DNA from: Candidatus Poribacteria bacterium
Lineage (GTDB): Bacteria; Poribacteria; WGA-4E; UBA9662
Assembly: GCA_046582655.1 (NCBI GenBank)
Contig: JAYGDX010000088.1
Location: 1 to 26,604 of the forward strand
DNA: 26,604 bases
Direction: 5' to 3'
The notes beneath the pieces were generated by a model. That model saw nothing but the letters and a program-made list of their open reading frames with translations, was not told where the DNA came from and searched no databases. This document shows, piece by piece, positions 1-9,338 of the stretch. The translations under genes and the position numbers were made by a program. Within the stretch, counting starts at the first letter, position 1, and each line of letters begins with the position of its first letter.

Positions 1-122
1 TATTATACTGAACCTACACAATACTAAAAACCTAAATAGAATAAAAAAAACAGGCATTCCAGCAACTACAACTCTTAGATCTAATCAGAAACGGCATATT
101 ATTCTAACGTACCAGTCGGTGC

Positions 123-914
123 TTATAATTCGTCCTGATAGCGTTTTAACGTTTGAAGTTCACGAGGCAAGTAGTTTCTATATGGATCATTCCAACCAAT
201 CCATTCACCGCTAAGATAACCGTCAAATGAAATTGTTGACAACCGCTCAATTGTACTCTTGTGGTCAATGTCCCCTTCGCCAATTGGGAGTAGACTTGTC
301 TGTGCGGAACCGTCATGTATGTGAAGATGCTGGATCCAAGGCTTTAAGACCTCAAAAGATTCTTCGATGGTCGCATAGCTCCGTCGCACCGGATGCATGA
401 TATCCCAATTTACGGCTATTGCCGGATGATTGGCCTTCTTCATAACCGCCGCCACATCCGTCGGATTACACCAATCATCATGGGTTTCCATACAGATGGT
501 CACCCCACGTTCACTGGCATGATCGGCAATAGACAGAAGTGACTTGGCTACCAGATCGACGGCAGCATTTCTATCCAGACCATCTCCAATTTTACCCCCA
601 AAAACCCGAATCCGCGAAGATCCGATATCTGCTGTTAAATCAATAGCCTTCATGGTGTCATTTACCATATCCTGATTGGTTTTAAGATCCGCATAACGGC
701 ACGAAGTTGCGACGCAGCCAATGGCAATACCAGTGTCAATGGCTGTCTGCCTAATCTCTTTTCGCTGGATCTGGTTGGCGTCAAACTCAACACCATGTCG
801 GTGATTCGAGCTGATTCGCGGCTCAATGCCGTCATAACCAAATTCTTTGGCCATGGATAACATCTCGTTCAGAGTCAGTTCTGGACACGAAAAGCTCATA
901 AATGAATACTTCAT
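123..914 (-). CDS. Sugar phosphate isomerase/epimerase (xylose isomerase-like TIM barrel, AP endonuclease 2 family)
   Basis: 263 aa. GYDGIE near the N-terminus, plus METHD, NWDIMH, HLHIHD, LPIGEGDID and FDGYLSGEW metal-binding motifs typical of this family. Lies downstream of a Gfo/Idh/MocA gene on the same strand. Confidence 0.88.
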   Translation of the reverse strand: MKYSFMSFSCPELTLNEMLSMAKEFGYDGIEPRISSNHRHGVEFDANQIQRKEIRQTAIDTGIAIGCVATSCRYADLKTNQDMVNDTMKAIDLTADIGSSRIRVFGGKIGDGLDRNAAVDLVAKSLLSIADHASERGVTICMETHDDWCNPTDVAAVMKKANHPAIAVNWDIMHPVRRSYATIEESFEVLKPWIQHLHIHDGSAQTSLLPIGEGDIDHKSTIERLSTISFDGYLSGEWIGWNDPYRNYLPRELQTLKRYQDEL

Positions 915-969
915 TCGGATTCCTCTCTATTTAATGTTATGTACCGAACGGCTTGTTATGTGTTTCTAT

Positions 970-2085
970 CTACCCGATCTGCCAAGCAGGACTGTTAACC
1001 ATCTCGAGTTTTCCGCTTGATGTTGAACGGACACCTGCATCTAGGATAGCCATAACCTCTAAGTTAAACGTCATTTCTAGAGTCTGGTGCAACGGATCAC
1101 CTGTTTCCAAATGATGGATAAATTCCTCCGAGATTCGCTGCCTTCCTTCCGGTAATGGATCATGTTGATGAATGTTTGTCTGACCCTGCCCCCGTTCTAT
1201 CCGTACTCCTTGGCTGTCCAAAACTAATGTTCCCGTAACACCATAAACAATAGGGCCGGTTGGTACTCCATGATCCAGTGTTGTCCACGATCCTTCAAAG
1301 AGTCCAAGCGCATTTGGGAACCGAACAATCATAGCTGCGTTGTCATCAGCCTCTCCCCACTGGCTGTTCAGGTTAGCACGCATACCAGTAGCAGATGACG
1401 CTTGTTGACCGATGTACCACCTTGCTAGCATTGATCCATAACAACAATAGTCTAACATAGCACCACCTCCCGTTTCGGACTGATGCCACCAGGTTGCACC
1501 GAGTTCGGCACCAGTCATTTGATCCGCGGATTCCTGCACTCCGGCATGGGTGGCACCAGGACCGAGCGGTCCAGTATGACCACCTCTCCATTTAACTTGT
1601 ATAACTTGGCCAATGACTCCCTGATCAATCAGTTCTTTTGCTTTTCTTATTCCTGGTGACCAAGCCGCAGGCCAGTTGATAACCATCTTGGTACCGGCCG
1701 AATGGCAAGCCCGAACCATTCTTAAGGCGTGACTCAACGATGAGGCCATTGGTTTTTCAACACAGACATTAACACCAGCCGCGGCACAGGCCTCCACCAC
1801 ATCCGCGTGTTTCGCATTCTCAGAACAGCAAATAATAATGTCGAATGTTTCTACCTCTAGCATTTCTTGGTAATCTTCGTAAACTTTAGGAACCCCAATA
1901 TCACTGAGTGCGTTTTCAACATTCCACCCGCGAGTATAAGGCGCATCACGCAACTCTGGGTTAGCCGGCACAGTGTCCGCACAGGCAACCATTTCAACTT
2001 GTGGGTGATCTCCAAACTGTGCGGCAACATTGTTAATATGCATATGGGCAAAACCGATGATACCAACACGGTATTTCTGACTCAT
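970..2085 (-). CDS. Gfo/Idh/MocA family NAD(P)-dependent oxidoreductase
   Basis: 371 aa. N-terminal Rossmann strand YRVGIIG, VCVEKPMA motif, GGGAMLDYCCY motif. GGGAGA ribosome-binding site upstream on the minus strand. Confidence 0.92.
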   Translation of the reverse strand: MSQKYRVGIIGFAHMHINNVAAQFGDHPQVEMVACADTVPANPELRDAPYTRGWNVENALSDIGVPKVYEDYQEMLEVETFDIIICCSENAKHADVVEACAAAGVNVCVEKPMASSLSHALRMVRACHSAGTKMVINWPAAWSPGIRKAKELIDQGVIGQVIQVKWRGGHTGPLGPGATHAGVQESADQMTGAELGATWWHQSETGGGAMLDYCCYGSMLARWYIGQQASSATGMRANLNSQWGEADDNAAMIVRFPNALGLFEGSWTTLDHGVPTGPIVYGVTGTLVLDSQGVRIERGQGQTNIHQHDPLPEGRQRISEEFIHHLETGDPLHQTLEMTFNLEVMAILDAGVRSTSSGKLEMVNSPAWQIG

Positions 2086-2170
2086 ATAAATTTCTCCCTT
2101 CCCATTTTAAATTATTTGTTTGTTCAATTAACACGATTTATTATTCTACCTTGCTTGATGAGGGACTGCA

Positions 2171-3041
2171 AGCTCTCCCGATAATCGGGAGCATGTTATT
2201 ATATTCTCCTCACATGGAGATGAAATGGCTGGTCGATTTGAAGGTTTAAGCGAGATTGAATGGAAATTGTTTAGTAATCTGTTTCCTGTTCCAGGGAAAG
2301 GGGAAAGGAAAATCTCCAACCGACCCCGGACGCGTTCTCAACACGCGGTTGTCTCTTCTATTCACCGGTAGCCGCTGGTGTGATCTGCCCAAGGGGCCCT
2401 TATGGTTCTCCAGAAAGGCCGCTCATCGCTGGCTTCAACGCTGGTACGAGGATAGAACCATGGCTCTACTCCAGGCTAGGATTCTAGGGCTGAGCCAAAA
2501 TCATGGGATTATCAAATGGAGCAGCGGCGCAGTGGATGCGTCTTTTTCCCCCGGGCAAAGGTGGTGGAGCCTAAGTGAACCACAGCGACAAAGGAAAGGG
2601 GACTCTGATACACTGACTGGTGGACCGCGAAGGCATGCCCTTGTCAGCCACAACGACAGCGGCAAATGGAAGTAAGCGAGAACAGGTGCCGGTTTTAATC
2701 GAGAGTGTGGCTGTTCTGGGCAGACCGGAAAACGAGGCCAACCGCCCAAAGGAGTGAAGCGCATCGCCACCGACAAAGGCTATGTCTGGCATGAGCTGGA
2801 AGCCTATCTTCGTAAGAAAGGAATTCAACCACAGATACCAAGAAAGAAGAATGCAGGGCCAAAATTAGGGCGTCCGGTACAGAAGACGTCGCCTCGATTT
2901 CAAGTGGAACGGACATTCTCATGGATGCAAAGAAAGTTTGGCAGAATTACGGTTCGATGGGAGCGAATACCACAATGTTTTGAGGCATTTTTGTCTTTAG
3001 CCATCACGGTTTTGTGGTTACAAAGATTATTGGGATAGGCT
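2171..3041 (+). mobile_element. Degenerate IS5-family insertion sequence (~870 bp)
   Basis: Imperfect terminal inverted repeats: left AGC-TCTCCCGATAATC (2171-2186) versus the reverse complement of the right end AGCCTATCCCAATAATC (3025-3041), 14/17 matches with one gap. The transposase stop codon lies inside the right repeat. No clear target-site duplication seen. Confidence 0.85.
2225..3038 (+). pseudogene. IS5-family DDE transposase pseudogene
   Basis: Starts MAGRFEGLSEIEWKLF at ATG 2225 (GGAG upstream). Frameshift near 2290-2300 into ...TGSRWCDLP...AHRWLQRW...GAVDASFSP. A +1 junction at TTTTTCCCCC (2543-2552) leads to GKGGGA*VNHSDKGKGTLIH*LVDREGMPL, with stops at TAA 2572 and TGA 2614. Another frameshift near 2715-2720 leads to TGKRGQPPKGVKRIATDKGY...RFQVERTFSWMQRKFGRITVRWER. 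Confidence 0.9.
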
Positions 3042-3637
3042 AATATGAAATTATTGTGTATTGCAAGTTTAAATAACAGATAGTATTGCTTACTGCCTAA
3101 GCCCAGTTTATGATGTGAGTTGGTAGGTTGACCGATTCGCAACCCTAAAACACTTAAGTGTGGGAGCGGTGATAATTGGTTTAACCGTGAGTTAATGCCC
3201 ATTGTTTCAGAAATTTCAAGAGGGATTTCACTTTAAATCAGAATATTGTAGATTTCATTAATCCAGTTTATCTCTGTGTTCTTGGACATGTCTTGCAAAT
3301 ACTATAGCAGATTCATATTGCGTAAGTTCTGTATTTAGGCTAGAATTAGGCGATTATTTAGAACTGTTGTCAATAGCGTTATATGCCTGAGGCTAGCTAG
3401 AGGGGACGTAGCTAAGGGAACCAAGAGTTTTAGAAACCAGCAACCTTAAGGATTAGATAGAGCGAAAGTAGGATTTTAAATTTGAGTTGGTCCCGTGATC
3501 AGCTGTCGATGCATAATTCCTTAGTATGGAATTTATAATTGTGGATTTCGAAATGGATTGGTTTCCTAACGTTTCCCGTTTGGGTTGAAGGGTTTACATT
3601 AATTCATTTTATTCAGTTAGAAGTGGAGGATTGAAAT

Positions 3638-4627
3638 TTGGACGTAATTGTTCCTGCAGAAAAAAATGAAAAGTTGGAGAGGGAAAGAAAATCCGAGGTA
3701 ATTAAAGAAATAGAACCCACAGTTGAAAAATTGTATGATCAACACCAAGCAAAACAGAACTTATGGTTTCCAAACGATTTCCTACCTTCAGATGAAAAAA
3801 TGGATGACGATAGAAAAAGTGTATTAGAGAAACTCCGTGAACGCGCCCGGAGTCTCTCAGATGCAGTTAAAGTTGCCTTAACACTAAACACATTAACTGA
3901 AGAAGGTCTTCCTCACTTCCATCGATTAATTGCGATCTACCTTGGACCGTCAAGTATTTGGCAAAAATGGAATTTCCTATGGACAGCTGAAGAAGACCGG
4001 CATGGCAATATACTCCGTGATTACATGCGGGATACGCGTATACTTAATTTCGGCCTAGTTGAAATCATGCAGTACGGTTATATCAATTCAGGATTTACAC
4101 CGGATTGGGAAATGGATGTTTATCAAATTCTTGTCTATACATCTCTTCAGGAACGAGCAACACAGGTTTCTCACCGGAATACAGGTAAAGTTGTTAGTGA
4201 GCCTCTACTGAAAGGCATACTTCAGAATATTGCAGCTGATGAAGCCAAACATTTTAATTTTTATCGTTATGCCTTTAAGGCAATTATCGAAGTGGACCCG
4301 AATGAAGCTTTGAAATCGGCCCTTAAATTGCTGCCTTCTATTGATATGCCTGGCATTTCTATGCCAAACTTTAGAGAGATGGCGGATGTTGTCAGGCGAG
4401 TCGGCATTTATGGTCCTTGGGAATATAAGGCCATTGTGGATGAAATCATAAAATTCTGGAATATTGGTTCTTTAATGCACCTTAACAAAATTGGAAGTCA
4501 GGCACAGGAAAAGATTATGGGTCTTTCCTCCCGATTAGAAAAAGTAGCAAAGTACATTGAACGCAAGGCGAAAAAAAAGTCATTTTCCTTTGATTTCCTT
4601 TATAATCAAACCTGGGCTATGGATTGA
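3638..4627 (+). CDS. Soluble acyl-ACP desaturase (ferritin-like di-iron, DesA1 / plant stearoyl-ACP desaturase family)
   Basis: 329 aa. WFPNDFLP, TEEGLP, WTAEEDRH (ExxH), SLQERAT, IAADEAKH (second ExxH) and MPG motifs give a complete di-iron ligand set. TTG start with GGAGG upstream. Confidence 0.92.
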   Translation: MDVIVPAEKNEKLERERKSEVIKEIEPTVEKLYDQHQAKQNLWFPNDFLPSDEKMDDDRKSVLEKLRERARSLSDAVKVALTLNTLTEEGLPHFHRLIAIYLGPSSIWQKWNFLWTAEEDRHGNILRDYMRDTRILNFGLVEIMQYGYINSGFTPDWEMDVYQILVYTSLQERATQVSHRNTGKVVSEPLLKGILQNIAADEAKHFNFYRYAFKAIIEVDPNEALKSALKLLPSIDMPGISMPNFREMADVVRRVGIYGPWEYKAIVDEIIKFWNIGSLMHLNKIGSQAQEKIMGLSSRLEKVAKYIERKAKKKSFSFDFLYNQTWAMD

Positions 4628-4689
4628 GAGCTTCAAATTCACTTTTTCCTACTTTACCATATAACAAAATTATTAAAGAGTATTTCTTG

Positions 4690-5434
4690 ATGAAGTGACG
4701 ACTAACATTTTCAACAATCCTAGTTGTAATAATGACCTTCGCCGTCAACCTATTTTATCCTGTCACCGCCGCCGATTTGGTTGATAAAAACACCATGGCT
4801 TACTGGTCTTTTGACGAGGACAGTGGCAAGACAATCAAGGACTCCATGACTAACAGCATCGTTGGCCAGATTGAGAAGGCCGAATGGACCAAGGGGTTCT
4901 CTGGTTCAGCACTTAAATTTAATGGTAAAACCTCACGGGCACTGGTGATTCAACCATTCAGGCGTGGGTGAATGTAACATCTAATCCTAGCAAATGGACA
5001 GGTGCAGGTGGTGGTGTCTTCAAGCAAGATGCTTACCAATGGTGTGTCAAAAAAGAGGGAGTGCTTTGGTTTGGAATCTGGGGAGCACGTCTAGAGTCGA
5101 CGGGTAAATTTTATTTTTTAGATCACTTAAATGAGTGACATCACACAGTTGTGACCTTCAAAGGAAAAAGCAAGGAAACCAAGATTTACGTCGATGAAAA
5201 TGGTGATTAAGGGCAATGTCAATGAATCAGTGGATGAGACAGCTGCGCCACTCTACATTGGTTTCAAAGGTGACGGTGGCCACTATTTGGGGGGGGGTAA
5301 TTGACGAAGTTCACGTCTCTAATGTGGTTAGAACGCAGGCTGAAATTAAACAGATGATGGAGGCGGCGTCAGCTGTAGAAGCCGAAGAAAAGCTGTCGCA
5401 GGTGTAGGCTGATCTAAAAGTGAACAATCGATAA
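4690..5434 (+). pseudogene. Secreted LamG-like / concanavalin-A-like jellyroll protein, pseudogene
   Basis: Reconstructed across frames: signal-like MK*RLTFSTILVVIMTFAVNL, then AYWSFDEDSGKTIKDS...GSALKFNG, TIQAWV, E*HHTVVTF...KIYVD, PLYIG, GVIDEVHVSNVVRTQAEIKQMM, and tail AVEAEEKLSQV*ADLK. Premature stops at 4696, 5136 and 5405, and at least three frameshifts (about 4950, about 5197, and a G9 run at 5289-5297). Confidence 0.88.
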
Positions 5435-6393
5435 TACTACCAAAATACAATTGCCATAATGATATGTTATTGGCTTGAGGATATTGTTACTGCTTATAGC
5501 AACAAATGTTATACCTAATCAGCTGCAAAGTATAGAATTTAGCGTGGCCAGTTATTGTCACATCTAAGCGCAGGCAAAAAGAACTCCTTTGGAGATGGCC
5601 AGCCGCTTCGAGACGAAGACCTATTCCATCACCTAGTGGGTCGGTTGGTTCTTATCAATTTGATTCGCCTTAAGAACTCATCACCTCTAAAATTCCAAGA
5701 ATAATCAAACTCCCCACCACTACATAATCATTCATGTGAATCAGCAGAAGTCCATATAATTAATAGTACTTGATAGCCTTTCCCCCAGACGAAATCTCAT
5801 TACCTTGCCCTAAGGGGTGGTGGTTGCTTCTAAGACGTCAACAGAACTCAAATTACTGCAGCTAGTAGAAAAGACAACCCATCTCAATGCCATACCATGA
5901 CCGGAGAAGTAGAAAACAAAGGTATGTTCCTATTTAATCATCTGCTTATCCGTTATTAGGCAGTCCTTGTAAGCGTCAAATCGTCAAATCTATTAATACT
6001 GGGGTTTAGCTAGCAGAGGATGAAGGTTGCTACGTCAGATATGCAAAAACAGAAGTAACAACACCAAAAATAATCTGCTCGACAAATATGTTTATGAGGA
6101 GGTCCTATCGACTCTTTTGAAATAGAGATGACTTTAGCTTTTTCCTTTGAGTTTTATCTGTGACCTGCATTTTATCATGTATGTAGCACATACTTTTCAC
6201 CAGATAATAGGTTAGCGAGAGAACGAGAGGATTACGGGAATGAAATTCGTTTGTGTTCCCATTTAAGAAATGGCATAATGAACATCAAATCCATACTTTA
6301 TACCTGAATAGACTATAGAATAAAAGTTATGGCGAGGCGAGGATAGCACTAGATACATCTAAATTGTATCAATGAATTAGGGAATAGAGTGAA

Positions 6394-7824
6394 ATGCAAT
6401 TGCAAAAGGAGTTTCTTCTTAGTGATAAGGAGATGAAAAAATTTATTATCAATGGTTATCACATTGTCAGAACGTCACTTTCACTTAGTTTTCATCAACA
6501 GGTTTTCCGCCAAACCTTAGATCTAATACAGGATGAAGGCCCTCCGGGAAATAACCTTCTTCCCGAGATTCCAATCTTAGCGGATGTATTCACCGATCCA
6601 GCGGTAACAGGGGCATTAACCAGTATCCTCGGACAAAATTATGTCATGCACCCACACCGTGCTTGCCATTACCATCCTCCCCAAAGTCAAAAGCAAACCT
6701 GGCACAAGGATTATCCAGTTGGGGGGAATCTGAGATGCCATCGTAGCAGAATAGCCATGGCTTTCTACTATCCTCAGGACGTTACGGAAAACATGGGGCC
6801 AACGGCAATTCAACCTGGCACGCAATACTATCAACATCACAATCAGGCAGTAGAGGGGTTATCTCTTTGTGGAGACGCAGGTACAGTTACCATTGTTCAT
6901 TACGATCTCTGGCACCGAGCAACCGAAAACCAAAGCAAGAAGATTAGATTGATGTTGAAATTTCTCTTTTGTCGGACGGAAGAACCACAGCAACCGTCAT
7001 GGAACACCAACAACTCTGATTGGGATATCAATTCATCTTTTTCTCACCAACATCAGCTGATGTGGCGGCATATCTGGCGATGGTATCTTGGACAGGGTAA
7101 TAGAAAGAAAAAAACTGCACCTTCGATCAACACCAGTGAGAAAGAGTCGAATGGATCGCTATCTTACTCTAAGGCTACAACTGAAGAGACGATTGAGGCC
7201 CTAGGCCAAGCTATTCATGATCAGGATGAAGGTACTCGTCTTGAGGTTTTATACGCCTTAGGGGAAATTGGCGCGTCGGCTGTTCCCAAGTTAATGGCCA
7301 AGTTTCGAGAAGAATCGAAAACCGGATCTATCCAGAATCTAGATCGGGCTGACTTTACAAATCCAAGTCAGATTGATGCTGTTTATGGATTAGCGGCTGT
7401 TGGCAAACCTGCCGTGCCCGCTTTAGTGGAGACTTTGGACGCCCCAGATTGGTGGGTTCGCGCTGCAGCTTGCAGTTCACTGGGTTGCATCGGTCAAGCC
7501 GCCAACTCAGCCGTACCTCATTTGCTCAAGGCATTGAACGATGAATCGGAATGGGTACGTAGGAATGCCGCTGACGCTTTAGGAAATATGGGTGATACTT
7601 CTCAAGTAACGGAGGAGACCCTGATTAAAGCATTGGATGATAAAAGGGAAACATCGCCTTGGTCTCTTTCTGACTCCCCTCTACGTGAGAATGTGATAAC
7701 CGCGTTAGCCAAGATGCAGCCTTCCCCAGCAGCCATTCCCAAGCTAAAAAAGGCTTCGGAAGATGGCAATGAGTACATTCGTGCTTGGGCGGATATTGGA
7801 CTAGCTAGAATAAGAGAACCCTGA
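6394..7824 (+). CDS. PhyH-family Fe(II)/2OG dioxygenase fused to C-terminal HEAT (PBS-lyase-like) repeats
   Basis: N-terminal domain: FIINGY, WHKD (HxD), PQDVTENMGPT, DLWHRA, distal R. C-terminal helical repeats: TRLEVLYALGEIG, WWVRAAACSSLGCIG, WVRRNAADALGNMG, LRENVITALAKM, YIRAWADIGLARI. Confidence 0.88.
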   Translation: MQLQKEFLLSDKEMKKFIINGYHIVRTSLSLSFHQQVFRQTLDLIQDEGPPGNNLLPEIPILADVFTDPAVTGALTSILGQNYVMHPHRACHYHPPQSQKQTWHKDYPVGGNLRCHRSRIAMAFYYPQDVTENMGPTAIQPGTQYYQHHNQAVEGLSLCGDAGTVTIVHYDLWHRATENQSKKIRLMLKFLFCRTEEPQQPSWNTNNSDWDINSSFSHQHQLMWRHIWRWYLGQGNRKKKTAPSINTSEKESNGSLSYSKATTEETIEALGQAIHDQDEGTRLEVLYALGEIGASAVPKLMAKFREESKTGSIQNLDRADFTNPSQIDAVYGLAAVGKPAVPALVETLDAPDWWVRAAACSSLGCIGQAANSAVPHLLKALNDESEWVRRNAADALGNMGDTSQVTEETLIKALDDKRETSPWSLSDSPLRENVITALAKMQPSPAAIPKLKKASEDGNEYIRAWADIGLARIREP

Positions 7825-7828
7825 CAAA

Positions 7829-9328
7829 ATGCGAAAACGTGTTGCCATTGGATCTATCCTTACAGAATGCAATCAGTTTGGTGGATCCCCTATTGACATT
7901 CAATGTTTTGAACGTTACGAGTTGCGAAGAGGCACTGATGTCTTGAAGGCCGATACTGGTGTTGTTGGTGGAATGTTGCAGGTGTTGCGAGAAAATCAGG
8001 TGGAGATCGCACCTCTGCTTTATGCTAGTAGCTGTCCCGGCGGGCCGGTAATCGCTGAATGTTACGCCCAACTGAAAACCGAACTAATTGATCGATTGAG
8101 CAAAGCTATGCCTGTTGACGGTGTCTTGCTGCCACTACATGGTGCTAGCGTTGTTGAGGGTATTGGAGACCCTGAAGGCAATCTCATCAAAGCTGTCCGC
8201 CATATTACTGGCAGTGAGGTTCCAATTGTGGCTACACTTGACTTACATGCGCATGTGACGGATGAAATGATACGTTTTGCAGACGCACTGATTGCTTGGG
8301 AAACTTATCCGCATCGTGACGCATTTACTACTGGTATTCGAGGCGCGAAGGTACTTTTGTCTATAATTAAAAACAGCGTTCAGCCGACAATGGCCATGGC
8401 AAAGGTTCCAGTAATTACCAGTGGCATTCATGGATCTACTGAAGGTAATTCCCCATTTGCTCAAGTCATGAAAACAGCCAAAGAATATGAAGCTGAAGAT
8501 GATGTCATTTCAACCAGCGTGTTCTTAGTTCATCCATACATAGATCAACCTGGCATGGGTAGCGGTGGATTAGTCATTACCAATAACAATTTGGAAAAAG
8601 CTATCAATCTGGCAGAGAAGTTGGCGGAACAGTACTGGGATAAACGGTTTCAACTGGAACCGGAGATTTATACACCACAGGAAGCCATTGAGAGTGGACT
8701 GAAAACCCTTGGAGGCCCAGTCCTTTTAGTGGAAACAGCAGATTGTTGTGGCGGCGGCGCGGCCGGCGACAGTGTTGCCACGCTGGCTGCGCTCCTCGAG
8801 GCGAAAGTAACTTTGCCCTCACTGGTACCCGTTGTTGATCCGCGGGTTGCCAAGATATGTCATCAAGCTGGTGTTGGTCAAGAAATAAGGACACATATTG
8901 GTCATCAACTTGATCCTAATTGGGGAAATCCAATATCCGTTACCGGCAAAGTTACACAATTAAGCCAAGGGCGTTTTCAATATACTGGCGGAATATGGGA
9001 CGGGATCACCGGCAATATGGGACCTAGTGCGGTTCTGACGTTAGGGGCAATCCAGATATTAGTGACGACTCATGGCACCTACGATTGGGCAGATGAACAG
9101 TTTCGCACGGCTGGACTGGATCCATCGACTGCCAAGTTTATCGTAGTTAAGAATCCAATGAACTATCAGTTTGCTTATGGTGATATTGCCAAATCCGTTT
9201 TTATCCTTGACACACCGGGGCCAACGCCAGCCACCTGTCGCTATCTAAATTATAGGAATCTTCAACGACCATATTTCCCGGTTGATAAACACATTCCCAA
9301 TCTAAGACCAACGATGCTGAGATGTTAA
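7829..9328 (+). CDS. M81 family metallopeptidase (MlrC-like)
   Basis: 499 aa. ECNQF, LPLHGA, ATLDLHAH, TYPHRD and DCCGGG (usually DNPGGG) motifs. C-terminal IVVK...TPG...RPYFPVD typical of MlrC-family proteins. Confidence 0.92.
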   Translation: MRKRVAIGSILTECNQFGGSPIDIQCFERYELRRGTDVLKADTGVVGGMLQVLRENQVEIAPLLYASSCPGGPVIAECYAQLKTELIDRLSKAMPVDGVLLPLHGASVVEGIGDPEGNLIKAVRHITGSEVPIVATLDLHAHVTDEMIRFADALIAWETYPHRDAFTTGIRGAKVLLSIIKNSVQPTMAMAKVPVITSGIHGSTEGNSPFAQVMKTAKEYEAEDDVISTSVFLVHPYIDQPGMGSGGLVITNNNLEKAINLAEKLAEQYWDKRFQLEPEIYTPQEAIESGLKTLGGPVLLVETADCCGGGAAGDSVATLAALLEAKVTLPSLVPVVDPRVAKICHQAGVGQEIRTHIGHQLDPNWGNPISVTGKVTQLSQGRFQYTGGIWDGITGNMGPSAVLTLGAIQILVTTHGTYDWADEQFRTAGLDPSTAKFIVVKNPMNYQFAYGDIAKSVFILDTPGPTPATCRYLNYRNLQRPYFPVDKHIPNLRPTMLRC

Positions 9329-9338
9329 TTCATAATCT

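Noticed and set aside
3126..3161. GGTTG...CAACC stem and the 12-bp palindrome ACACTTAAGTGT
   Set aside because: Short single occurrences expected by chance in 26 kb, with no supporting context.
2501..3202. Minus-strand ORFs (91, 85, 75 and 100 aa) overlapping the IS5 element
   Set aside because: Antisense shadows of the transposase pseudogene with no recognisable motifs.
5289..5297. G9 run as a phase-variation switch
   Set aside because: The gene has several other stops and frameshifts, so slippage here could not restore it.
4696..5407. In-frame TGA/TAG stops as evidence of recoding or an alternative genetic code
   Set aside because: They co-occur with frameshifts, and intact genes in the window end in TGA and TAG and use TGG for Trp.
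5974..5990. Tandem CGTCAAAT x2
   Set aside because: Only two short units; not a CRISPR array or a meaningful repeat.
7829..9328. Microcystin degradation (mlr) cluster
   Set aside because: No mlrA, mlrB or mlrD-like genes in the window; M81 homologs are widespread, so no gene symbol was assigned.
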